Assembly: GCA_963805575.1 (NCBI GenBank)
Contig: CAWDUL010000005.1
Coordinates: forward strand, 683,473 to 747,472
Origin: an uncultured Actinomycetes bacterium
Lineage (GTDB): Bacteria; Actinomycetota; Thermoleophilia; Gaiellales; Gaiellaceae
Reading direction: 5' to 3'
DNA: 64,000 nt
Below the pieces are notes generated by a model. It was not told the DNA's origin and made no database searches. It saw only the letters and a program-made list of their open reading frames with translations. The position numbers were made by a program, and so were the translations under genes. Below are positions 55,883 to 64,000 of this stretch, one piece after another (positions within the stretch are counted from its first letter, which is position 1; every line of letters begins with the position of its first letter).

Positions 55883-56596
55883 TCAGCGCGATTCTGCGTC
55901 AAGCATGTATCCCGCCTGGCGAACGGTCCGGATGATCGGCGGCCCGGTGGCGTCGAGCTTGCGGCGGAGATAGCTGACGTACGTCTCGACGACGTTCGTG
56001 TTGCCACCGAAGTCGTAGCGCCAGACGTGCTGGAGGATCTGCCCTTTCGAAAGGACGCGTCGTGGGTTGAGCATGAAGAAGCGCAAGAGGTTGAACTCGG
56101 TCGCCGTCAGCTCGAGCATCACGTCGGCGCGCGAGACCTCGTGACGGCTCTCGTCGAGCGAGAGATCGCCGAAGCGGAGCACGTCACCGGGGAGGTCGCT
56201 CGTCGTGCGGCGGAGAATCGCCTGCACGCGCGCCACGAGCTCGGCGAGGCTGAACGGCTTGGTCACGTAATCGTCGCCTCCCGCACGAAGGGCCTCGACC
56301 TTGTTCTCGACCGCCTCCTTCGCCGTGAGGAACAGGATCGCCGTCTTGAAACCGCGGTCGCGAAGACGCCTGCCCACCTCGATCCCTTCGATGTCGGGCA
56401 GCATCCAGTCGAGCACGACGAGGTCCGGCTCGAAGCGGGCGACGGCGGCGATCGCGTCACGGCCGTTGACCGCCTCCTCCACGTCGAAACCCTCGTATCG
56501 GAGCGCCGTCGCGACGGCGTCGACGATCGACGGCTCGTCGTCGACGACGAGGATGCGGGTCGGCGAGCCGGCGTGCTCCTTCAGGTGTGTGTTCAT
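55883..56596 (-). CDS. OmpR-family response regulator
   Basis: The receiver shows 'ILVVDDEP', 'DLVVLDWMLPD' and 'LFLTAK..KPF'. The winged helix is 'LTATEFNLLRFFMLNPRRVLSKGQIL..VW'. Confidence 0.92.
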   Translation of the reverse strand: MNTHLKEHAGSPTRILVVDDEPSIVDAVATALRYEGFDVEEAVNGRDAIAAVARFEPDLVVLDWMLPDIEGIEVGRRLRDRGFKTAILFLTAKEAVENKVEALRAGGDDYVTKPFSLAELVARVQAILRRTTSDLPGDVLRFGDLSLDESRHEVSRADVMLELTATEFNLLRFFMLNPRRVLSKGQILQHVWRYDFGGNTNVVETYVSYLRRKLDATGPPIIRTVRQAGYMLDAESR

Positions 56597-56709
56597 GGTC
56601 TCAGCCTTGCGGCCGTTCCTGTGAGTCTCCTGTGAACGGCACCCTATTGCGTGTGAGTTCCCTGTGAGGCGGCGAGGGAGACCCTGCCCGCGGCCTCGAC
56701 GCCGTGTCG

Positions 56710-58161
56710 CTATGACCCCTTCGCTGCGAGCGCCGCCGCCTGCGGCGCGCCGACGAGTTGGCCTCCAGGACAGCCTGTTGCCTCGATTCTGCGGCGCGGA
56801 TTCTCGATCCCGAACGCGGCGACGATCCCACCGCCTGCGACGAGCAAGGCGCAGATCATCATCGCCTCATGAAACGCGTCGACTGACGCTTGATTCGCGG
56901 CGAACGAATCGCCCGACAGGCTTCCGACGACGATTGCACCGACGGCGGAGATGCCGATCAGGCCGCCGACACGGGCGATCGCATTGTTGATCGCCGATGC
57001 GATGCCGGCGTCGGTCTCGTCGGCGTCGGCAAGCACGGTCGCAGTGAGCGGCGCCACGGTCGTCGCGAGGCCGAGCGAGAAGACGACAAGAGCCGGCAGG
57101 AGGTCGGCGAGATACGACGCGGTCATCCCCACTCGCAGGAACAGCGCGATTCCTGCAGCCGAAGTCAGTGGTCCGGCCGACAAGAAGAGCCGCGGCCCAT
57201 ACCGATCGGCAAGTGCTCCCATGCGGCGAGAGAGCGCGAACATGATCAGCGTCGACGGAATCGTCGTGAGCCCAGCGCGCAAGGCCGAGTAACCCGCCAC
57301 CTGCTGCAAGAAGATGAACAGGAAGAAGAAGACGACCGCAAGACCAGCGTAGACCGTAAACGTCTCCAAGTTGGCGACGGCGAAGTTTCGGCGCGCGAAC
57401 AGATCGAGCCGCAGCATCGGATGCTCTGCTCGACGTTCGTAGACGACGAATGCTGAGAGCGAACCGAATCCGACGACGAGGGAGAGGACGATCGTTGGAC
57501 TGCCCCACCCGAAGCGCGGCTGCTCGATCAAGCCGAAGACGACGCCGGCGAGCCCGATCGCGCAGAGGCCTGCGCCGAGCAGATCGACACGGCGGCGGAC
57601 GGTCGGCGCATCCGGAACCGCCGCACGCACGAACGCGAGCGTCACGAGCACGACCGGAACATTGATCGCGAAGATCCAGCGCCACGACGCGTTGTCGACG
57701 ATCAGACCGCCTGCGAGCGGGCCGACGATGACCGCTATTCCACCCCATGCTGTCCACGAGCCGATCGCCGCCCCGCGTTCCCGGTCGGAGAACGCCGCCG
57801 CGATGATCGCGAGCGAGCTCGGCGCGAGCAGCGCACCCGCAGCCCCCTGCAATGCTCTCGCTGCGATCAAGACGTCGATGTTCGGCGCAGCAGCGCACGC
57901 GATCGAGAACAGACCGAACGCGCCGACGCCGATTGCGAACATGCGCCGCCTGCCGAAGATGTCACCGAGGGAACCGCCGATCAGGATCAGCGAAGCGAGC
58001 GTCAGCAGATATGCGTTCGAGATCCACTGCTGCGCCTGCAGCCCTCCACCGAGATCGTCCTGGATCGCGGGGAGCGCGATGTTCACGATCGTCCCGTCGA
58101 TCGCGACGACGGCGGACCCGAGGATGGCCGCGACGAGGGTAAAGCGCTGGGGCCGCGTCAT
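56710..58161 (-). CDS. DHA2-family (14-TMS) MFS transporter, paralog of 20011..21414
   Basis: From the ATG at 58161, evidence is 'AIDGTIVNIALPAIQDDLGGGLQAQQWISNAYLLTLASLILIGGSLGDIFG'. It is clearly alignable with the 20-kb copy. Confidence 0.88.
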   Translation of the reverse strand: MTRPQRFTLVAAILGSAVVAIDGTIVNIALPAIQDDLGGGLQAQQWISNAYLLTLASLILIGGSLGDIFGRRRMFAIGVGAFGLFSIACAAAPNIDVLIAARALQGAAGALLAPSSLAIIAAAFSDRERGAAIGSWTAWGGIAVIVGPLAGGLIVDNASWRWIFAINVPVVLVTLAFVRAAVPDAPTVRRRVDLLGAGLCAIGLAGVVFGLIEQPRFGWGSPTIVLSLVVGFGSLSAFVVYERRAEHPMLRLDLFARRNFAVANLETFTVYAGLAVVFFFLFIFLQQVAGYSALRAGLTTIPSTLIMFALSRRMGALADRYGPRLFLSAGPLTSAAGIALFLRVGMTASYLADLLPALVVFSLGLATTVAPLTATVLADADETDAGIASAINNAIARVGGLIGISAVGAIVVGSLSGDSFAANQASVDAFHEAMMICALLVAGGGIVAAFGIENPRRRIEATGCPGGQLVGAPQAAALAAKGS

Positions 58162-58242
58162 GGGACCGAGGATAGGTGAGGGAAGGATTCGCCGCGCGTC
58201 GCCGTCTGGTTGCTGAGAGTCACACCGACGAGAGGGCGTCAC

Positions 58243-58887
58243 ATGTCGAGCACGATCACACGCGTTGCACCCGGACCGACCACGTCGGAGCAGCGGCGGG
58301 GCATGTCGTACTGGGCCAACCGGGCACACCCGGCGGCCGCGAGGACGGCGCTTCGATCAGCCCATGCGAAGGTCGTGTTGCGCGCGTTGCAGGCGACCGA
58401 CGCAGAACGCGTGCCTGCACTGCACCCCGACATCTCGTCAGTGAGTGACCAGGGCGTCGCCTTCATCGCCGGCTTCGAGGGGTTCAGCGCGAAGCCCTAC
58501 TGGGATGCAATCGGACGTGTCTGGACGATCGGCTACGGCGAGACGCACGGCGTGACGGCGACCACGCCGCCCGTGACGCGGGCGGATGCGCTCATACGTC
58601 TTCGCGCGCGCGTCAATCACGACTACCTCGCGCCCGTGCTCCGCGTCGCAAACGCAGTCGGGTTGCAACTGCGTCGCTGCGAAGCCGACGCACTCGCATC
58701 GCTCGCCTACAACTGTGGCCCCGGTGTCTTCGACGAGGGCCGGACGATGGGCAACGCACTGCGTGCCAACGACCGCACCCAGATCGCAGACGCGTTTCTC
58801 CTCTATGACAAAGGTGGCGCTCCGCCGGCCCCGATCCCAGGACTGACACGCCGGCGAAACGCTGAGCGAGCGATGTTCCTGCGGTGA
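58243..58887 (+). CDS. GH24 (phage-type) lysozyme/muramidase
   Basis: 'GVAFIAGFEGFSAKPYWDAIGRVWTIGYGETHG' carries the Glu/Asp/Thr catalytic context, and 'ALASLAYNCG' is also present. The start is uncertain (TTG 58210 or ATG 58243) and there is no obvious signal peptide. Confidence 0.75.
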   Translation: MSSTITRVAPGPTTSEQRRGMSYWANRAHPAAARTALRSAHAKVVLRALQATDAERVPALHPDISSVSDQGVAFIAGFEGFSAKPYWDAIGRVWTIGYGETHGVTATTPPVTRADALIRLRARVNHDYLAPVLRVANAVGLQLRRCEADALASLAYNCGPGVFDEGRTMGNALRANDRTQIADAFLLYDKGGAPPAPIPGLTRRRNAERAMFLR

Positions 58888-58921
58888 CCTGGCAACGGCG
58901 ACGACGAGCCACGGCGGCCCG

Positions 58922-59221
58922 GCTGTTCGGGTCGACCAGCACCTTCAGCCAGGTGACGTCGTTGGTGCCGTTCTCCTGATGGTCGCCTAACGTCTCCACG
59001 CGCGTGAAATTCTCGATGCGCGCTCCGGTCGAGTCGAGCAACGGCCTGTCGATGCGGAAGTAGTGCGAGTCGCTGTGCACGTACGCGACCGGCTCGCCGT
59101 ACGCGATCACCTGCCTGCGCAGGGCGGTCAGGAACGCCTGGAATCCGTCAGGAAGCCCATCGGTCTCCGCGAGGGTCTTCGGATCGCGCGTCGGCTCGCC
59201 CTGCGATGCGACGAGGCGACG
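58922..59221 (-). pseudogene. Remnant of a metallophosphoesterase gene (C-terminal ~100 codons only)
   Basis: An in-frame stop lies at 59222-59224. The sequence then reads '..LPDGFQAFLTALRRQVIAYGEPVAYVHSDSHYFRIDRPLLDSTGARIENFTRVETLGDHQENGTNDVTWLKVLVDPNS', like the C-terminal end of calcineurin-like phosphoesterases. The catalytic N-terminal part is absent, and beyond 58922 the frame degenerates into Arg-rich sequence overlapping the lysozyme gene. Confidence 0.45.
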
Positions 59222-59308
59222 CTACAACAGCCGCAGGGAGCCGGATCCACGCGTCTCCGGACCGTCACCGTGCCGATTCCGGGCCGCCGCATCCCGGCTC
59301 ACGGTATG

Positions 59309-59322
59309 CGAACATATGTTCG
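59309..59322. promoter_or_regulatory. LexA (SOS/Cheo) box overlapping the dinB start codon
   Basis: CGAACATATGTTCG is a perfect CGAAC-N4-GTTCG palindrome. The dinB ATG (59316) lies in its centre. Confidence 0.7.
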
Positions 59323-60512
59323 TGTCAGACACGGCGACCATCCTGCACGCCGACCTCGACGCGTTCTTCGCGTCGGTCGAGCAGCGGGACGATCCTCGGC
59401 TCCGCGGCCTGCCCGTCATCGTCGGCATGGGCGTCGTGCTCGCCGCGAGCTACGAGGCGAAGGCATACGGCGTGCGTACGGCAATGGGAGAGGCGCACGC
59501 GCGGCGGCTGTGCCCCCGTGCGATCGTCGTCCCACCCCGGATGTCGGCGTACTCGGACGCCAGCAAGGCCGTGTTCCGCGTGTTCGACGACACGACGCCG
59601 CTCGTCGAGGGATTGTCGATCGATGAGGCCTTCCTCGACGTGCGCGGGATGGAGCGCAGTGTCGGCACACCGGTTGAGATCGCCGTGCGGCTGCGACGCA
59701 ATGTGCTCGAGCATGTCGGGTTGCCGATCACCGTCGGGGTGGCACGGACGAAGTTCCTCGCCAAGGTGGCGAGCGGCGTCGCGAAGCCGGACGGGCTGCT
59801 GGTCGTACCGCCGGATCGCGAGCTCGACTTCCTGCACCCGCTCCCGGTCGAGCGCCTGTGGGGCGTCGGCCCGGTCACCGCCGGCAAGCTGCGCGAGCGC
59901 GGGATCACGAGGGTCGGCCAGGTCGCGCAGCTCCCGGAGACGTCCCTCGTGTCGATGCTGGGCCGTGCGTCGGGCCGCCATCTGCACGCGCTCGCGCACA
60001 ATCTGGATCCGCGGCCGGTGCAGCATCGCCGCCGGCGCGGCTCGATCGGCTCGCAGCGAGCTCGCGGACGCGCGCGGTGGTCGCCGCAGGACGTGGACGC
60101 GGACGTCGTCGCGCTCGTCGATCGCGTCACGCGGCGGATGCGCGCGGCGAAGCGGGTCGGGCGCACCGTCGTGCTGCGGTTGCGCTTCGCCGACTTCACG
60201 CGCGCGACGCGCTCGCATACGCTGCCGCAGGCGACTTCGAGCACCGAGACGATTCTCAGCACCGCGAGAGCGTTGTTGGTGGCCGCGATCCCGACGATCG
60301 AGCGGCGCGGACTCACGCTCGTCGGCATCGCGGTCACGAACCTCAGCGACGCGAACGCCGTTCAGCTCGCGCTGCAGCTCGATGCATGCGATCGGGACGC
60401 GCTCGACGTCGTGCTCGACGAAGTTCGCGAGCGATACGGCGCGACGTCGATCACGCGCGCCGTGCTGCTCGGGCGGGACCGCGGCTTCACGATGCCGCTG
60501 CTTCCGGACTAG
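59316..60512 (+). CDS. dinB: DNA polymerase IV (Y-family)
   Basis: Evidence is 'ILHADLDAFFASVEQRDDPRLRGLPVIVG', 'SIDEAFLDV', 'TVGVARTKFLAK' and 'LWGVGPVT'. Confidence 0.93.
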   Translation: MFVSDTATILHADLDAFFASVEQRDDPRLRGLPVIVGMGVVLAASYEAKAYGVRTAMGEAHARRLCPRAIVVPPRMSAYSDASKAVFRVFDDTTPLVEGLSIDEAFLDVRGMERSVGTPVEIAVRLRRNVLEHVGLPITVGVARTKFLAKVASGVAKPDGLLVVPPDRELDFLHPLPVERLWGVGPVTAGKLRERGITRVGQVAQLPETSLVSMLGRASGRHLHALAHNLDPRPVQHRRRRGSIGSQRARGRARWSPQDVDADVVALVDRVTRRMRAAKRVGRTVVLRLRFADFTRATRSHTLPQATSSTETILSTARALLVAAIPTIERRGLTLVGIAVTNLSDANAVQLALQLDACDRDALDVVLDEVRERYGATSITRAVLLGRDRGFTMPLLPD

Positions 60513-60526
60513 ATCTTCGATCGCGT

Positions 60527-62743
60527 TCAGTTCGTGACGATGCGGCCGCGCAGCCGCCTGGCCTCGCGTGTCTCCGGTGTCAGCGACGGCAGCCACTCGA
60601 GCCAGGCCGGCATGTACCAGTTCCATTCTCCGAGCAGTTTCATCGTGGCGGGAAGCAAGACGCCGCGAATGACGGTCGCATCGATCAGCACGGCCAGCCC
60701 GAGTCCCACGCCGAGTTGCTTCATCATGATCATCCGCAGCGTTCCGAAGATGGCGAAGACGGCAACCATGATGATCGCTGCGCTGGTCACGGTGCCTGCC
60801 GTGCGGCGGATGCCGCGCGACACCGCCTCCTCGGTCGACAACCCACCGTCGCGCAACTCCTTGATTCGGCTGAGGATGAAGACGTGGTAGTCCATCGACA
60901 AACCGAAGAGCACGACGAAGAGAAACATCGGCAGCCACGAGGTGATTGCGTGGTTGGAAGTGAAGCCGAGCACGCCCTCTGCCCAGTCGTGCTGGAAGAT
61001 CAGGACGAGCAACCCGTAGGCGGCGCCGACCGACAGCAGGTTGAGCACGATCGCGGTGAGTGGGATGACGATGGATCTGAACGTCGCAAGCAGCAGCACG
61101 AAGGCCAGGCCGAGCACGAACGCGAACACCCAGGGCATCCGCGCCTTCATCTGCTGGTTGAAGTCGTGCGTCCCCGCGGTCTCGCCGGTGACCGCGTATT
61201 GGACATCGGCGACCCTCCCGAGCGTGTTCGGCAGCACCACGTTGCGCAGCGTGGCCAGCGCCGCGAGTGATGCCTCGTCGTCTCCGTTGCCTGCGATCGG
61301 GATCTGGATGTCGGCCACCGTGTCGTCATTGCTCACGGTCATGGTCATCGGCGTGAACATGCGACCCGTCGCCGCTGCTCGCAACTCGAGCCGGCGAATG
61401 CCGGCGGCAACACGTGCGCTGCGGATTTTCGGAGCCTCGACGACGACGTCAGCCGGTGTCGGCGCTCCCGGGAACGCCGTGATCAGAGCCTTGTAGGTCT
61501 GCACGATCGGAAGCTCCCTTGGCATGTCCGTGAAGCTCGGGAGCTTCGTGTGCATTCCGAGGAGCGGCACGGCGGCCGCAACGAGCAGTCCTCCTGCGAG
61601 CACGATCGAGACCACGGGTCGGCGGAGCACTCGGTCGAGCACGTAGCCCCAGAAGCGCGACTCGGCGGCAGCATGCTTGTTTCTCCCCAGGAATGGAATG
61701 TGTCCCCGATCGACGCGATCGCCAAGTCGCGCGAGCGCCGCGGGCAGCACCGTCAGCGACCCGACCATCGCACAGAAGACGACGAGCATCGTCCCGAATG
61801 CCATCGAGGTGAAGATCTTGTTGCTCGCGATGAACATGCCTGCCATCGCGATCAGCACGGTGATCCCCGAGATGAGCACGGCCTGCCCCGAGGTTGCCGC
61901 GGCTCGAATCAGCGCCGGACGCGGCTCCTCTCCCGCCGACCGCTCCTCCCGCTCACGCCGGAGATAGAAGAGCGAGTAGTCGACTCCGACGGCCATGCCG
62001 ATCAGCAGGATCACCGCGGATGTCGACGGGTAGTCGCCACTCGACACGTGCGTGAGGAGCGAGAAGAGGCCGAGCGACGCGAGCACGGCCGAGAACGCAA
62101 GGAGCACCGGCAGCCCGGCCGCAACGAGAGCACCGAATGCGCCCAGCAGGATGAGAAGCGTCAGTGGAATGGTCAAGCGTTCCGCGCTCGCAAAGTCCTT
62201 GTTGAACGTCTTCCCGATCTCGTAATTCGCGCTCGCATTCCCAACCTCACGTACGCTGACGCCGCGATTGCCGAGCTGCACACCGGCGACCGCCTCGAGG
62301 ATCGGCTTGATCTTGCTCGCGGCCTTGTTGGGGTCGCCGCGCACGTCGAACCGGACGAGCGCCGAGTGGCCGTCGTGCGAGATCTGGCCGCCGCCGCCCT
62401 GCTTGAACATCGGGCTCTGGATGTTGGTCACGTTCGGCTGGAGTGCGAGCGTCTGCACGACCGAGGCGATCGTTGCGACGAAGGCCGGATCGCTCGCGTC
62501 GTAGCGGCGGCTCTGCAGGAGCACGTTCTCGGTCGCAGGCTGGACCATCCCGCCGCGCTCGAGCATCCTCAGCGCCGTCGCCGCCTCGCCCGAGGCAACC
62601 TCCGAGTCCTTCATCTGCACGTGCCCGACGACGCTCCCGCCCACCATGGCCACGACGGCGAAGACGAGCCATCCGAACAGCGCCTTGCGCCAGTGGTCTG
62701 CGCTCCAGCGCCCTGCACGGCCGGCAAAGTTCAGCCCGGACAT
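60527..62743 (-). CDS. MMPL-family (RND superfamily) membrane transporter
   Basis: From the ATG at 62743 (MSGLNFAGRAGRWSADHWRK), evidence is 'VDYSLFYLRREREE' and 'MDYHVFILSRIKE'. The protein is 738 aa, and the upstream 64 codons of the track ORF are Arg-rich junk. Confidence 0.9.
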   Translation of the reverse strand: MSGLNFAGRAGRWSADHWRKALFGWLVFAVVAMVGGSVVGHVQMKDSEVASGEAATALRMLERGGMVQPATENVLLQSRRYDASDPAFVATIASVVQTLALQPNVTNIQSPMFKQGGGGQISHDGHSALVRFDVRGDPNKAASKIKPILEAVAGVQLGNRGVSVREVGNASANYEIGKTFNKDFASAERLTIPLTLLILLGAFGALVAAGLPVLLAFSAVLASLGLFSLLTHVSSGDYPSTSAVILLIGMAVGVDYSLFYLRREREERSAGEEPRPALIRAAATSGQAVLISGITVLIAMAGMFIASNKIFTSMAFGTMLVVFCAMVGSLTVLPAALARLGDRVDRGHIPFLGRNKHAAAESRFWGYVLDRVLRRPVVSIVLAGGLLVAAAVPLLGMHTKLPSFTDMPRELPIVQTYKALITAFPGAPTPADVVVEAPKIRSARVAAGIRRLELRAAATGRMFTPMTMTVSNDDTVADIQIPIAGNGDDEASLAALATLRNVVLPNTLGRVADVQYAVTGETAGTHDFNQQMKARMPWVFAFVLGLAFVLLLATFRSIVIPLTAIVLNLLSVGAAYGLLVLIFQHDWAEGVLGFTSNHAITSWLPMFLFVVLFGLSMDYHVFILSRIKELRDGGLSTEEAVSRGIRRTAGTVTSAAIIMVAVFAIFGTLRMIMMKQLGVGLGLAVLIDATVIRGVLLPATMKLLGEWNWYMPAWLEWLPSLTPETREARRLRGRIVTN

Positions 62744-62867
62744 GCTTGTGTCCTCCTGACGGTTGAGCCGGTATCGACTACCGATGCGCCGCTCACGTCC
62801 GCGGGCTATCCGGGGACTCCCGTATTGCGACAGCGGCCGATCCGCAGAATCGGCGCCGCGTCGGCGG

Positions 62868-64000
62868 CTAGCTTTCGCGCGTCCGCGCCGAGAGCGCGAG
62901 CGGGTCGGCGCGCGGCGCCTGAGTTCGCGTAACACCTGCCGCGGCGTACGCGTCTTCCTCGTCGAGCGTCTCGTGCTCGAGCAGCGCAGCGGCGAGCGAA
63001 TCGAGCTTGCCGCGATTCTCCTGGAGGAGCGAGATGACCTCCTTCTGCGAGTCGTCGACGATGCGCCGCACCTCGTCGTCGACGATCCGCTGCGTGTCGG
63101 GCGAGACCTCGGCAGCGCCGGGGAGGAACGGGCTCCCGCCGTCGCGAGGCAGCACGGCGATCGGGCCGACGGCGGAGCTCATCCCCCACCGGCCGACCAT
63201 CTGACGCGCGATGGCCGTGAGCTGCTCGATGTCCGACTCGGCGCCGGTGCTCGTTTCGTCGAAAACGACCTTCTCTGCCCCGCGTCCGCCGAGTGCGACC
63301 TTGATCTTCGCGTACACCTCGGGCTCGCGATAGTTGAAGCGGTCGCTGTCGGGCGCGGCGAAGGTCACTCCGAGCGCCATGCCGCGGGGGATGATCGAGA
63401 CCTTGCGAACAGGATCGGCGCCGGGTGTCAGCATGCCCACGATCGCATGACCCGCTTCGTGATACGCCGTACGCCGCCTGTCTTCGAAGCTCATCATCAC
63501 CTTCCGCTCGGCGCCGAGCACGATCCGCTCGAGCGCATCGGTGAAGTCCGATTCGTCGACCTTGTCGTGATTGCGCCGCGCGGCCAGCAGCGCAGCCTCG
63601 TTGACGAGATTCGCGAGATCCGCGCCGACCATGCCCGGCGTCGTCGCCGCGATCCTCGCGAGGTCCACGTCGGGCGCGAGCGGAATGCGGCGTGCATGCA
63701 CCCCGAGGATCGCCTCGCGGCCGGCGCGGTCGGGTGGCTGCACGGCGACTCGCCGGTCGAACCGTCCTGGCCGGAGCAACGCCGCGTCGAGCACGTCCGG
63801 CCGGTTCGTCGCACCGACGACGATCACGCTCGTGGACGAGTCGAACCCGTCCATCTCCGTGAGGATCTGGTTGAGCGTCTGCTCGCGTTCGTCGTTGCCG
63901 CCGCTGAAGCCCGCGACGCCGGAGGTGCGCGACCGTCCGATCGCATCGAGCTCGTCGATGAACACGATCGACGGAGCGTCCGCCTTCGCCTGCACGAACA
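62868..64000 (-). CDS. ftsH: ATP-dependent zinc metalloprotease FtsH (C-terminal part; the gene continues past the window end)
   Basis: Walker B/SRH 'IVFIDELDAIG..', 'GATNRPDVLDAALLRPGRFDR' and zinc motif 'HEAGHAIVG'. The ORF is open to position 64000. Confidence 0.93.
   Translation of the reverse strand, partial: FVQAKADAPSIVFIDELDAIGRSRTSGVAGFSGGNDEREQTLNQILTEMDGFDSSTSVIVVGATNRPDVLDAALLRPGRFDRRVAVQPPDRAGREAILGVHARRIPLAPDVDLARIAATTPGMVGADLANLVNEAALLAARRNHDKVDESDFTDALERIVLGAERKVMMSFEDRRRTAYHEAGHAIVGMLTPGADPVRKVSIIPRGMALGVTFAAPDSDRFNYREPEVYAKIKVALGGRGAEKVVFDETSTGAESDIEQLTAIARQMVGRWGMSSAVGPIAVLPRDGGSPFLPGAAEVSPDTQRIVDDEVRRIVDDSQKEVISLLQENRGKLDSLAAALLEHETLDEEDAYAAAGVTRTQAPRADPLALSARTRES

Noticed and set aside
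58210-60512. A prophage or genomic island around the GH24 lysozyme.
   Set aside because: I found no integrase, capsid, terminase, holin, att-like direct repeats or tRNA. By eye the composition is like the rest of the window. I kept only the narrower rearrangement-footprint observation.
59325-60938. The 537-aa minus-strand ORF antisense to dinB and the MMPL 3' end.
   Set aside because: It spans two well-supported genes on opposite strands and has junk composition, so it is a shadow ORF.

Overview
This 64-kb window looks like core chromosome from a very high-G+C, actinobacterium-like genome. That lineage call is inference from by-eye composition, frequent GTG/TTG starts, many 4-nt ATGA/GTGA start-stop overlaps, and Ku, MMPL, DHA2-MFS and ECF-sigma content. 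Most long Arg-rich ORFs in the six-frame track are antisense or out-of-frame shadows of real genes, and several track ORFs carry spurious N-terminal extensions that I trimmed. About 65 protein genes are supportable, and I found no rRNA, tRNA, CRISPR array, transposase or integrase. Main blocks: a 5'-truncated Ig-like/FN3/PASTA protein; scattered beta-oxidation-type genes (acyl-CoA dehydrogenase, 3-hydroxybutyryl-CoA dehydrogenase, thiolase); a complete trpE-G-D-CF-B-A operon; an M15 peptidase / L,D-transpeptidase pair; an Rrf2 regulator beside a sulfate ABC operon; a DEAD-box helicase; a MarR-controlled efflux operon; msrB; a FolE-centred pterin operon opposite a pterin-4a-carbinolamine dehydratase gene; Ku; two HD-GYP proteins; a membrane desaturase; yciH/SUI1; HU; an ECF sigma factor; ArsR-AHSA1 and AraC-VOC-MMPL modules; a BNR propeller with a MoaD/ThiS-like GG protein; a PepSY plus two-component system; a GH24 lysozyme; dinB; a second MMPL; and the 3' part of ftsH. 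The items most worth a second look are these. (1) A ribosome-mediated trp attenuator with an apparently leaderless W-W-A-W leader peptide. (2) An array of ~117-bp tandem units, each headed by an identical 27-bp palindrome, with a degenerate relative 40 kb away. (3) The FolE / RibD-C-like reductase / CDP-alcohol phosphatidyltransferase / FAD-oxidoreductase operon, which matches no pterin pathway I know. (4) The beta-propeller plus ubiquitin-like GG protein pair. (5) A Ku operon with an uncharacterised coiled-coil partner. (6) A perfect SOS box on the dinB start codon. All functional calls come from motif recognition by eye; no database search was run.
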